Shown: positions 42,576-52,499, numbered from the stretch's first letter. The stretch: 62,650 nucleotides of DNA from an uncultured SAR86 cluster bacterium (GCA_949373255.1 CASICS010000002.1:1-62650); one strand, 5' to 3'. Translations and numbers: made by a program. The notes: generated by a model not told the origin, from the sequence alone.

Positions 42576-42981
42576 TGTCCTCGAAATCGATTATTGCTTT
42601 CTTGATTGCTTCCTCAGCAAGAACGCTACAATGAATCTTGATTGGGGGAAGCTCAAGAATGTCTACTATTTCTTTATTACAAATTTCTTTAGCCTCATCA
42701 AGCGTTTTACCTTTGAGCATATCAATTAATTGTCCACTTGAGGCTATAGCTGAGCCGCAACCATAAGTTTTAAATTTAGCATCTACAATTCTTTTGACCC
42801 CATCTTGGTCTTCGCATTTGATCTGTAATTTCATAACATCTCCACAAGCTGGAGCACCTACAATACCTGTTCCGACTTTATCGAAGTCTTCATCGCCTGG
42901 TTTCCATCTGCCGACACTTGCCGCCTCTGGATCTTTTAAAGTCTTTTCAAACTTTTCAACTACTTTATTTGAATATGCCAT
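42547..42981 (-). CDS. iscU: Fe-S scaffold IscU
   Basis: GAPACGDVM, KTYGCGSAIAS, LPPIKIHCS. Confidence 0.95.
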   Translation of the reverse strand: MAYSNKVVEKFEKTLKDPEAASVGRWKPGDEDFDKVGTGIVGAPACGDVMKLQIKCEDQDGVKRIVDAKFKTYGCGSAIASSGQLIDMLKGKTLDEAKEICNKEIVDILELPPIKIHCSVLAEEAIKKAIIDFEDNDSHRKHNQ

Positions 42982-43001
42982 TTTTAAAGCTCCCTAATTA
43001 C

Positions 43002-44207
43002 TTATGCCCATTCTATCTTACTTATGTCCACTCCATCTTGATACATTTCCCATAATGGAGAAATTTCTCTTAATTGGTGAACTGAGGTCTTGACAAGATC
43101 TATTGTAAAATCAATATCTTTCTCAGTTGTAAACCTTCCAAATGAAAACCTGATTGAGCTGTGGGCTAGTTCGTCTGGTCTTCCAAGGGCTCTCAAAACA
43201 TAAGAAGGCTCTAAACTTGCCGAAGTACAAGCAGATCCTGAAGAAACAGCAATATGCTTTAAAGCCATTATTAGAGATTCACCCTCTACATAATTAAAAG
43301 AAAGATTAAATATACCTGGATAACCTTCTTCAAGATCTCCATTTACATAAATTTCTTCCATATCTTTCAAGCCATCATATAGCCTGTTCTTTAAAGAATT
43401 TATTTTTTTGTAGTCACTAACCATATCTTGTTTAGCAACTTTAAAACATTCGCCCATTCCAACTATCTGGTGAGTAGGCAATGTACCTGCTCTTATTCCT
43501 CTTTCTTGGCCACCGCCGTGAAAAAGAGCTTGAAGTCTAACTCGGGGCTTTCTTTGAATATAAAGCGCGCCTATACCTTTAGGGCCATATATTTTATGAG
43601 CGGAAAACGACATCAGATCTACTTTTAATTCATTTAAATCAATCGGTATTTTACCCGCACTTTGTGCTGCATCTACATGAAATAACACTCCTTTTTCCCT
43701 TGTTATTTCACCAATTTTGGCAATATCAGTAATGACGCCTATCTCGTTATTAAGATGCATTAATGAAACTATGGCAGTATCTTCTCGAATCGCTTCTTTA
43801 ACTTGTTTGGGAGTTACAGCTCCGAATTCATCTGTTTCAAGATAAGTAACCTCAAAACCTTCCTTTTCTAATTGTCTGCAAGTGTCTAGAACAGCTTTAT
43901 GCTCTATTTTGCAAGTAACTATATGCTTTCCTTTATCTTGATAAAAATAAGCTGCTCCCTTTAAAGCTAAATTATCTGATTCAGTGGCTCCTGAAGTGAA
44001 AATTATTTCTCTAGGGTCACAATTTACTAAATCAGCTACATTCAGTCTGGACTCTTCTATGAGTTCTTCTGCTTTCCAGCCAAATGAATGAGATCTTGAT
44101 CCTGCATTACCAAAATTACCGTCGAATGAAAGACAGTCCTTCATCTTATCTATGACTCTAGAATCTACTGGAGTGGTTGATGCGTAATCTAAATATATTG
44201 GTTCCAT
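43002..44207 (-). CDS. iscS: Cysteine desulfurase IscS
   Basis: [27 protein letters not shown]. Confidence 0.97.
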   Translation of the reverse strand: MEPIYLDYASTTPVDSRVIDKMKDCLSFDGNFGNAGSRSHSFGWKAEELIEESRLNVADLVNCDPREIIFTSGATESDNLALKGAAYFYQDKGKHIVTCKIEHKAVLDTCRQLEKEGFEVTYLETDEFGAVTPKQVKEAIREDTAIVSLMHLNNEIGVITDIAKIGEITREKGVLFHVDAAQSAGKIPIDLNELKVDLMSFSAHKIYGPKGIGALYIQRKPRVRLQALFHGGGQERGIRAGTLPTHQIVGMGECFKVAKQDMVSDYKKINSLKNRLYDGLKDMEEIYVNGDLEEGYPGIFNLSFNYVEGESLIMALKHIAVSSGSACTSASLEPSYVLRALGRPDELAHSSIRFSFGRFTTEKDIDFTIDLVKTSVHQLREISPLWEMYQDGVDISKIEWA

Positions 44208-44485
44208 ACTCTTATTATGTTGTTTAAAACTATTAATACAAGGTCAGGTACATCAGAAAGGTTGAATTAAAGCAGAGAATACCTTCGCTATCCAAAGAAG
44301 GTACAGGAAAGATAGTTATTTGTCAAAATCCTAGATCATAGGATATATAGGTAATCGAGCTTTACTTATACCCTTTATTTATATAATATTAAATTAGTTT
44401 TTAACTAAACTCTGCTATGTTAGAAAAGGTACAAAAAAACAGTTAGCTTTAATTATGATTTTTCGTATTTCAGTGAATCAGAGCC

Positions 44486-46498
44486 ATGAAAGATAAAAAA
44501 TATTTATTCAAGCGTAATAGTACCTGGTGGGTCAAAGTTGCTGTTCCAAAGTCTCTAAGAAATGAATTTGGGTTTGATCTTCGACAAACCACAGGTGAGT
44601 CTGATTTACAAAATGCTTTAAAGCATAGAGATAAAATTGTTAAAAACCTAAAATCTAGATTTACGAAAGATAGCAATGAGTTTGCATTGCCTTCCGATAA
44701 GTTATTAGAAAAAACTGATATATCTGACCCTCAATACTTTCACAAAGTTGTTGACTGCCAATATGCTTGTCCAGCACACACTAATGTTCCTGAATACATA
44801 AGACTTATTGCTCAAAGGAAATACACAGATGCTTATATGCTTAATTGGGAATCGAATGTTTTTCCTGGAATTCTTGGAAGAGTGTGCGATAGACCTTGTG
44901 AGCCAGCCTGTAGAAGAGGAAGAACTCATGATAAAGCTGTTGCAATCTGTCGGCTAAAAAGAGTTACATACGATAATAAAGGTGATGTTGAAATTTATTT
45001 ACCTGAAGTTCCTTCTGAAAAAAATGGAAAGAAAATTGCTCTTATTGGTGGCGGCCCTGCTTCTCTTACTGTAGCGCGAGATCTGCTTCCACTTGGCTAT
45101 GAATGCACAATTTTTGAAAAAGATCATAAACCTGGAGGCTTGATGAGAACAAATATCCCATCTTTCAGACTTCCCGAGGATGTTCTGGATGAAGAGATAT
45201 ATAGAGTTGTTGAAATGGGTGCAACTTTAAAAACTAACTCATATATAGATAAATTAAACCCTTTATTGAAAGAATTTGATTCAGTTTTTGTTGGAACTGG
45301 AGCACCTAAAGGAAAAGACCTAAATATCTCCGGGCGAAACAGGGGCTCTAAAAATATTCATATCGGTATAGATTGGCTTACCAGCATAGCTTTCGAACAT
45401 GTTAAAAAAATCGGTAAGAAAGTTATTGTTATTGGTGGAGGAAACACTGCTATGGATTGTTGCAGGTCTGCTATCAGATTGGGTGCTAAAGATGTGAAAG
45501 TAACTGTTAGGAGCCCTTATTCACAAATGAAAGCCTCAGAATGGGAAATAGAAGAAACTCAAGAAGAAGGCATACCTATATTAGATAACACCTCTCCTAA
45601 AGAGTTTTTATATGACGATAAAGGAAAGCTTTGTGGAATGAAATTTGAGAAAATGAAGCAAATAGAAATTGATGGCAAAAAAAAGATGAGGCCAACTGGA
45701 GAAGAAGTCATTTTTGAGTGCGATGATGTGCTGTTAGCAATTGGTCAGGAAAATGCCTTTCCGTGGATTGAAAAAGATATTGGTATTGAATTTGGTGAGT
45801 GGGAAATGCCAATTGTTGATAAATTAACTATGCAGTCAACGCATCCAAAAGTTTTTTTTGGAGGAGATTCAGCGTGGGGTCCAGAAAATATTATTTGGGC
45901 AGTTGCTCATGGACATCAAGCTGCTATTTCAATTGATAACTTTTGTTCTGGAATAAGCCTAAAAGAAAGACCCGATCCAATGACTAATCTTGTAAGTCAA
46001 AAAATGGGTATACACGAATGGTCATATGACAATGATATCTCTCAAGCTCAAAGATATGTTGTTCCTCATGCTGAAATGTCAAAGTCACTGAAAGATTTAA
46101 AAACAGAAGTTGAATTAGGTTTTGATGAAGAAATGGCTCTAGAAGAAGCTCAAAGATGTCTTAATTGTGATATGCAAACTGTGTTTGAAGACGATCTTTG
46201 TATTGAATGTGATGCTTGTGTTGATATATGCCCTACTGATTGTATTAACTTTATTGATAATGATACAGAAGAAAAAATTAGAGATAAATTAAGAGTTCCG
46301 GCAATAAATTTAGATCAAAGTTTATATGTTTCTGGAAAGCTAAAAACTGGAAGACGAATGGTTAAAGATGAAGACATGTGCGTTCATTGCGGCTTATGTG
46401 CTGAAAGATGCCCTACTGGTGCTTGGGATATAAAAAAGAACTCTTACAAAGAATCAAATACCTTAAGCAAAAGAATAAAAGCCAAAGAAGTTGCCTGA
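44486..46498 (+). CDS. GltD-like FAD/NAD(P)H oxidoreductase with C-terminal 2x[4Fe-4S] ferredoxin and an N-terminal DUF6538-like extension
   Basis: DCQYACPAH, GRVCDRPCEPAC, GGGPA, GGGNTAMD, CIECDACVDICP, CVHCGLCAERCP; N-terminal YLFKRNSTWWVKVAVPKSLR. Confidence 0.9.
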   Translation: MKDKKYLFKRNSTWWVKVAVPKSLRNEFGFDLRQTTGESDLQNALKHRDKIVKNLKSRFTKDSNEFALPSDKLLEKTDISDPQYFHKVVDCQYACPAHTNVPEYIRLIAQRKYTDAYMLNWESNVFPGILGRVCDRPCEPACRRGRTHDKAVAICRLKRVTYDNKGDVEIYLPEVPSEKNGKKIALIGGGPASLTVARDLLPLGYECTIFEKDHKPGGLMRTNIPSFRLPEDVLDEEIYRVVEMGATLKTNSYIDKLNPLLKEFDSVFVGTGAPKGKDLNISGRNRGSKNIHIGIDWLTSIAFEHVKKIGKKVIVIGGGNTAMDCCRSAIRLGAKDVKVTVRSPYSQMKASEWEIEETQEEGIPILDNTSPKEFLYDDKGKLCGMKFEKMKQIEIDGKKKMRPTGEEVIFECDDVLLAIGQENAFPWIEKDIGIEFGEWEMPIVDKLTMQSTHPKVFFGGDSAWGPENIIWAVAHGHQAAISIDNFCSGISLKERPDPMTNLVSQKMGIHEWSYDNDISQAQRYVVPHAEMSKSLKDLKTEVELGFDEEMALEEAQRCLNCDMQTVFEDDLCIECDACVDICPTDCINFIDNDTEEKIRDKLRVPAINLDQSLYVSGKLKTGRRMVKDEDMCVHCGLCAERCPTGAWDIKKNSYKESNTLSKRIKAKEVA

Positions 46499-48342
46499 TG
46501 CATAATTTAAAAAAAGTAGAATCAATAAGCGCTGTAAATAATTTTGTTATTAAGTTTGCCAATGTTAATGGTTCGGGATCTGCTAGTGCGAATCAGATGT
46601 TTGCTAAAGCCATGTTTAGAATGGGCATACCTGTAAGTCCAAAAAATATTTTTCCATCAAATATTCAAGGCCTTCCCACTTGGTTTGAAGTTAGAGTAAA
46701 TGAAGATGGATACTTAGGAAGCAGAGGTGGAGTTGATATAGCTGTTGCAATGAATCCACAAAGTTATTCTAAAGATGTAGAAGAAATTTCTCCAGGTGGA
46801 TTCTTACTTTACGACTCCACATGGAAAAGAAATTTCAATAGAGATGATATAACGATCATTGAAATTCCATTTACTCAATTATGCGTAGAGTCTTTTAAAA
46901 ATCCAAAACAGAGAGCTTTATTTAAAAATATTGCATACGTAGGAGCGCTATCAGCTCTTTTAGAAATAGAATATAAAGTACTAGAGACTTTAATTTCTGA
47001 ACAATTTGAAAAAAAGCCATCGTTAATTGAGCCTAACTTGAAAGCCTTAAATCTAGGCAGAGACTATGTTTTAGAAAACTTATCATTCCCCATTGGAATT
47101 ACAGTTTCTAGATCAGACAAATTAGAAAATAAAATTTTAATTTCAGGAAATGAAGCTGCTGGATTGGGTGCTGTTTATGGTGGTGCTACTTTTTGTTCTT
47201 GGTATCCAATAACGCCCTCTACATCCCTAGCCGAAGGATTTGAAAAATATGCTAAAAAATATCGTGTCGAAAAAGAAACGGGGAAAAATCTTTTTGCAAG
47301 CGTTCAAGCCGAAGATGAATTAGCTGCAATTGGAATGGCTATTGGGGCAAACTGGAATGGAGCAAGAGCTTTTACCGCTACTAGCGGGCCCGGAATTTCA
47401 TTAATGAGTGAGTTTCTTGGTCTTGCCTATTTTGCAGAAATTCCTTTGGTTCTTTTTAATGTCCAAAGAGGAGGCCCTTCAACTGGAATGCCTACTAGGA
47501 CTCAGCAATCAGATGTTTTAGCTTGCGCTTATGCTTCTCATGGAGATACAAAACACGTTCTTATCTTTCCTTCTGACCCTAAAGAATGTTTTGATTTTGC
47601 TGCCAAAGCTTTTGATCTTGCGGATCAGCTTCAAACTCCGGTATTTGTTGTCAGTGATTTAGATATGGGAATGAATGATTGGGTATGCGATAAATTTGAG
47701 TGGGATGATAAGTATTTATTTAATAAAGGGAAAGTTCTATCAAAAGATGATCTAGATGAAATGGAAAATTATGGCAGATATTTAGACGTTGATAATGACG
47801 GAATCTGTTACAGAACATATCCTGGAACTCATCCTGAAAAAGGTGCTTTTTTTACCAGAGGAACCTCTCATGATGAATTTGCAAATTATACTGAGAATGG
47901 TGATATAAACGCAGCAACATTGACTAGATTAATGAAAAAATTTAGAACAGCATCTGAATTAGTTCCAGAGCCGATAATAGAAATTAATGGAAAAGATAGT
48001 TGCGGAGTTATTTTTTACGGAAGTACTTCTCCAGCGATTCATGAAGCCAAAGACTTACTTAAAGAAAAAGAAATTAATGTAGATCTTATGCAAATTAGAT
48101 CATTTCCATTTAATTTAGATGTGTGGGAGTTTATAGCTAATCATGATCGTATTTATGTAGTCGAGCAAAATAGAGACAGTCAAATGAGGACATTGATAAT
48201 GGCTGAAGGAGGTATTTCTCCTGAAATATTAAGACCATTAGTTCATTTTACAGGCGATCCAATTCAGGCAAGTTTTATTGTTAGCAAAATCTCAGAAAGA
48301 GAAGTTAATTATAAATCACATATAAATGCTAAAAAAAGATAA
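46498..48342 (+). CDS. 2-oxoacid:acceptor oxidoreductase alpha subunit (KorA-like)
   Basis: NVNGSGSASAN, YPITP, QAEDE, TSGPG, GPSTGMPT; start reassigned to the ATG overlapping the upstream TGA. Confidence 0.93.
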   Translation: MHNLKKVESISAVNNFVIKFANVNGSGSASANQMFAKAMFRMGIPVSPKNIFPSNIQGLPTWFEVRVNEDGYLGSRGGVDIAVAMNPQSYSKDVEEISPGGFLLYDSTWKRNFNRDDITIIEIPFTQLCVESFKNPKQRALFKNIAYVGALSALLEIEYKVLETLISEQFEKKPSLIEPNLKALNLGRDYVLENLSFPIGITVSRSDKLENKILISGNEAAGLGAVYGGATFCSWYPITPSTSLAEGFEKYAKKYRVEKETGKNLFASVQAEDELAAIGMAIGANWNGARAFTATSGPGISLMSEFLGLAYFAEIPLVLFNVQRGGPSTGMPTRTQQSDVLACAYASHGDTKHVLIFPSDPKECFDFAAKAFDLADQLQTPVFVVSDLDMGMNDWVCDKFEWDDKYLFNKGKVLSKDDLDEMENYGRYLDVDNDGICYRTYPGTHPEKGAFFTRGTSHDEFANYTENGDINAATLTRLMKKFRTASELVPEPIIEINGKDSCGVIFYGSTSPAIHEAKDLLKEKEINVDLMQIRSFPFNLDVWEFIANHDRIYVVEQNRDSQMRTLIMAEGGISPEILRPLVHFTGDPIQASFIVSKISEREVNYKSHINAKKR

Positions 48343-48348
48343 TTATTA

Positions 48349-49401
48349 ATGACTTTTATTAAACCTTTAAATCATCATCCAAAATTAGAAAAAAATAATC
48401 TAGGATTAACCAGACGAGATTACGAAGGAGCTGTTTCGTCACTTTGCGCAGGTTGTGGCCATGATTCTATAAGCGCCTCAATTATCGAATCATGTTTTAA
48501 TTTAAATATAGAGTCATACAAAGTTGCGAAACTCTCGGGTATCGGTTGTTCTTCAAAAGCTCCTGCATATTTTCTTAATCAATCCCATGGATTTAACTCT
48601 GTTCACGGAAGAATGCCCTCAGTAGCCACAGGAGCTAATTGTGCAAATAGAGATCTCTTATATTTAGGCGTTTCTGGAGATGGAGATAGTGCCTCAATAG
48701 GAATAGGTCAATTTATTCATGCAATAAGAAGGCAGGTAAACATGGTTTACATAATTGAAAATAATGGAACATATGGCCTTACTAAGGGCCAATTCTCTGC
48801 AACGAATGACCTTGATTCAAAAAATAAATATGGCGATGATAATTTATTTAAACCTATAGATTTAGCAACAATGGCTATTCAACTAGGAGCTACATACGTA
48901 GCAAGAAGTTTTTCAGGAGATAGAGAGCAACTGATTCCTTTAATTATGGGAGCAATGCAGCATAAAGGCTTTGCGCTCCTAGATATAATCAGTCCTTGTG
49001 TAACTTTCAACAATCATGCTGCTTCTACTAAAAGCTATGACTATATTCGTGAACATAATGAAGCAGTTGGTAAAACTGATTTTGTTCCCTTGGGAGAGGA
49101 AATTAAAACATCATATGATGAGGGAACTTCTGTAGAGGTAAATCTACATGATGGCTCTAAATTATCATTGGAAAAAACTGATAAAAACTTTGATCCATGT
49201 GATGCAGGAAAGTCTCTAAATTTTATGAGAGAAAAAGAAAAGGAAGGAAAAGTATTAACTGGATTACTCTATGCCGATAGCACAGCAAAAGATTTAATAG
49301 AAACTTTAAATATGACAGAAACTCCGTTGAATCAATTGGATCAGGATTTGATATGTCCAGGAAGTAAAATTCTTGACTTAATAAATAAGGACTTAAGTTA
49401 A
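48349..49401 (+). CDS. 2-oxoacid:ferredoxin oxidoreductase beta subunit (KorB-like)
   Basis: LCAGCGH, SGIGCSS, HGR, GDGD, YGLTKGQ, SPCVTFN. Confidence 0.93.
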   Translation: MTFIKPLNHHPKLEKNNLGLTRRDYEGAVSSLCAGCGHDSISASIIESCFNLNIESYKVAKLSGIGCSSKAPAYFLNQSHGFNSVHGRMPSVATGANCANRDLLYLGVSGDGDSASIGIGQFIHAIRRQVNMVYIIENNGTYGLTKGQFSATNDLDSKNKYGDDNLFKPIDLATMAIQLGATYVARSFSGDREQLIPLIMGAMQHKGFALLDIISPCVTFNNHAASTKSYDYIREHNEAVGKTDFVPLGEEIKTSYDEGTSVEVNLHDGSKLSLEKTDKNFDPCDAGKSLNFMREKEKEGKVLTGLLYADSTAKDLIETLNMTETPLNQLDQDLICPGSKILDLINKDLS

Positions 49402-50109
49402 ATCTATTCCGAGTCTGTGGGCTATTTCTTGATAAGATTCAACAACATCTCCAAGTCCAAGACGAAACCTATCTTTATCTAATTTCTTTTTTGTCTCTTT
49501 ATCCCAAACTCTACATCCGTCTGGAGTAAATTCATCACCTAAGTAAATTTTTCCATCTGATTTCCCAAACTCAAGTTTAAAATCGACCAGTATCAAATCG
49601 GCTGAATCAAAAAGTTTAACTAAAATATCATTGGTTTTTAAAGTTAATTCTTTCATCACTTCAATATCATCTTCATTGGCCCAGCCAAAAGCAGTGATGT
49701 GACAATCATTTATCAACGGATCGCCTAAGGAGTCATCTTTATAAAAAAATTCAAAAATGGGAGGATCCATAACCATAGCTTCTTCCAGACCTAATCTTTT
49801 ACAGATACTACCTGCTGCAAAGTTTCTGACTACACATTCAATTGGAAACATATCTAAAGACATAACTATGCTTTCATTAGGAGTAGTTGCTTCAATGTGA
49901 TGATTGTCTACTCCCTCGTTTTGCAAGTGATCCATAATATGACTGTTAAATCTATTATTAACCGTTCCTTTACCAGCAAGTTTTTCAATTTTTTTACCGT
50001 CAAACGCAGAAGTATCGTCTCGATATTCCATAATTAGTTTTGACGGATCTGAAGTAGTATATAAAGCTTTTGCTTTTCCAGTTTTAAGGATTTCTATTTT
50101 TTCTAACAT
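49393..50109 (-). CDS. purC: SAICAR synthetase
   Basis: GKAK, DDTSAFDG, ECVVRN, DFKLEFG, DKDRFR. Confidence 0.97.
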   Translation of the reverse strand: MLEKIEILKTGKAKALYTTSDPSKLIMEYRDDTSAFDGKKIEKLAGKGTVNNRFNSHIMDHLQNEGVDNHHIEATTPNESIVMSLDMFPIECVVRNFAAGSICKRLGLEEAMVMDPPIFEFFYKDDSLGDPLINDCHITAFGWANEDDIEVMKELTLKTNDILVKLFDSADLILVDFKLEFGKSDGKIYLGDEFTPDGCRVWDKETKKKLDKDRFRLGLGDVVESYQEIAHRLGIDLT

Positions 50110-50115
50110 AATATT

Positions 50116-51063
50116 TTACGAGAGTACTTGATTAATCTGAGAGATAATTTCTTTAGACAATTCTAAATCCATTTCTTCCATAACGACAGAAATAATTGAT
50201 TCATTTTCACTAATTTTTTCTACTAAAACTTTTAAATTAAGTTTTGAAGATCTAAAAAAACCCTCGCTTGATTTTATATCAACAAAGAAAAAACCAGAAT
50301 CTCTATCAAAATCTGTCACATTGAATTTAGCTATTTTTAAAGAACGCTGAGTAGCTGTCCACGCCCGAGCAAAGCTAACCATTACTCTTATTTTTGATTG
50401 CCCTTCTTCATCAACAAAGACCTCCGTTTTATCCTTAGCATTTAGATTCAAGGCAATTAAAGAAGTTCCGCTGATAGCTCCCATAGCGCTGATCCCTTCT
50501 AAAAAATCAGTAGAGACTTCAGTAACATACTCCGATTCGTTTGAGCTCTTTATCCAAGAATTATCTTTCAAAATAAGGTGTGAAATAAAAATTTCAGAAC
50601 TTTCTCTTTGAAGTCCTCTTTCAACTCTAAATAAAAATTTATTATCGACGCCGTTTCTTTTAAAGGTCTTTGTAGAAACCTCTCCTGAACCCGGATCGGC
50701 TTCTCCAAGATTGAATTTATCATTAATTACGATATATTCTTGAAGCATAGGCCATGCCTTACTTGGCTCTAAACTAAGATAAATCCATCTAATTTCACCT
50801 AATCTATGCAATCTGACTTCATTTTTATTATCTGATGAAAAAAACTGATTTGGTGGCGGCAATTCATAAACCTTAGTTGGAGACTTTTGAACTATGATTG
50901 GAATAGGATATAAATCAGCAGACTTATATACATCTTTATCAATTATTTTTTCGAGCGCATCATTATCTTTTGCAGATAAATATTTATTAGACTTAGATTT
51001 CTCAGGGTTTGATGCGCAAGAAATCATACATGTTAAAAAAAATATATTTATTAAATATTTCAT
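50116..51063 (-). CDS. bamC: Outer membrane assembly lipoprotein BamC
   Basis: Lipobox MISC, YPIP, FARAW...V.D.DR..G; position between dapA and purC. Confidence 0.78.
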   Translation of the reverse strand: MKYLINIFFLTCMISCASNPEKSKSNKYLSAKDNDALEKIIDKDVYKSADLYPIPIIVQKSPTKVYELPPPNQFFSSDNKNEVRLHRLGEIRWIYLSLEPSKAWPMLQEYIVINDKFNLGEADPGSGEVSTKTFKRNGVDNKFLFRVERGLQRESSEIFISHLILKDNSWIKSSNESEYVTEVSTDFLEGISAMGAISGTSLIALNLNAKDKTEVFVDEEGQSKIRVMVSFARAWTATQRSLKIAKFNVTDFDRDSGFFFVDIKSSEGFFRSSKLNLKVLVEKISENESIISVVMEEMDLELSKEIISQINQVLS

Positions 51064-51953
51064 TAAATTAATTCCAATTGTTTTAATTCGTTTTTTAATT
51101 CTTGACGAAACTTTTCATCCAAAATAGTTAAAGGCAATCTAATTCCTAATTTAATAAAACCCATTAAGTAAAGTGCATACTTAACCGGTATAGGATTAGA
51201 CTCTAGAAATAAAATTCTATTTATTTCAGAAATTCTCTCATTAATTACTCTCCCCTCATCATCATCATTCATTGCGAAGCGTGCCATATCTGAGATTAAT
51301 TTAGGAATTATATTGGATGACACTGAAATAGTCCCATGCCCGCCTCTTTTGATGAAGTTATAAGAAGTAGCGTCATCTCCCGAGTATAAACAAAAGTTAT
51401 CTTTAGATATCTCTTTATCGCATAATTCCTTTAAATCTTCTAAGACATCTAAATCTCCAGTCGCATCTTTATGCCCAATGATGTTTGAATGGTTAGATAA
51501 TCTCGCCACAGTTTTTGACTCCATGAAGCTTGCTGTTCTTGATGGAACATTATATAAAATTTGGGGCATATCTACCTCATCAGCTATTTTAGAATAATGT
51601 TGAAAAAGACCTTCTTGTGAAGGCTTATTGTAATAAGGTGAAACTAATAAAGCCGCATTAGCGCCTACTTCTTTCGCAGCCCTAGTTAACTCTATAGCCT
51701 CCTGTGTTGAGTTTGCTCCCGTACCTGCTATCAAAGGAACTCTACCGTCAACATAATCGACAAAATATTTAATTAGTTCGATATGTTCCGAAAAGTTTAT
51801 TGTTGCTGATTCTCCAGTTGTTCCGATAGCCACAATTGCAGAAATTCCATTTTCAACTTGAAAATCTATCAATCTATTTAAGGCAAGAAAGTCCACAGAA
51901 CCATCTTCCATCATTGGGCTTGCTATAGCAGTAATCGCTCCAGTAATTCTCAT
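51063..51953 (-). CDS. dapA: 4-hydroxy-tetrahydrodipicolinate synthase
   Basis: GTTGES, PYYNKP, LYNVPSRT, KDATG, NPIPVK. Confidence 0.97.
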   Translation of the reverse strand: MRITGAITAIASPMMEDGSVDFLALNRLIDFQVENGISAIVAIGTTGESATINFSEHIELIKYFVDYVDGRVPLIAGTGANSTQEAIELTRAAKEVGANAALLVSPYYNKPSQEGLFQHYSKIADEVDMPQILYNVPSRTASFMESKTVARLSNHSNIIGHKDATGDLDVLEDLKELCDKEISKDNFCLYSGDDATSYNFIKRGGHGTISVSSNIIPKLISDMARFAMNDDDEGRVINERISEINRILFLESNPIPVKYALYLMGFIKLGIRLPLTILDEKFRQELKNELKQLELI

Positions 51954-52031
51954 TTTTAAAATATTTTTTAAATTTCTTTACAACAGGTTAATATTATCTC
52001 AAATATATAAATTAATAGAGGATTATGAGTT

Positions 52032-52499
52032 ATGACGATCAAAATAAACAGAAAAATTAATAAATTCAAAGCTTCTGCTACTAGTGAAAAAGAAATAGAT
52101 TCTCAAGAGTTAATGGGGAAAAATTATATTATCTATTTTTACCCAAAAGACAACACTCCGGGATGTACTCAAGAGGGTGAGAATTTTAGGGATTTATATA
52201 AAGAATTTAAAAAAATAAAAACAGAAATATATGGGGTTTCTAGAGAGAGCTTAAAGTCTCATGAAGGATTTAAAGAAAAGTTTAATTACCCTTTCGAATT
52301 AATCTCCGACCCTGATGAAAGTCTATGCAAGTTATTTGATGTCATGAAAGAAAAAAGCATGTACGGAAGAAAATATATGGGAATAGAAAGAAGTACTTTT
52401 CTAATTAACAAAGAAGGAAAGCTTTCAGCAGAGTGGAGAAAAGTTAAGGTACCTGGTCATGCCGAAGAAGTACTAGAAGCAGCAAAAAAAATTAAATAG
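52032..52499 (+). CDS. bcp: Peroxiredoxin Q (Bcp)
   Basis: YFYPKDNTPGCT, IERSTF. Confidence 0.93.
   Translation: MTIKINRKINKFKASATSEKEIDSQELMGKNYIIYFYPKDNTPGCTQEGENFRDLYKEFKKIKTEIYGVSRESLKSHEGFKEKFNYPFELISDPDESLCKLFDVMKEKSMYGRKYMGIERSTFLINKEGKLSAEWRKVKVPGHAEEVLEAAKKIK

Noticed and set aside
44265-44454. 6S RNA candidate (190 nt with paired ends)
   Set aside because: I could not extend the pairing into a rod with a central bubble, and the usual zapA/ygfA context is absent.
46408-46497. ORF-track extension of the oxidoreductase alpha subunit (MPYWCL...)
   Set aside because: It overlaps the upstream gene's end; the TGATG coupling at 46496-46500 gives a natural start.
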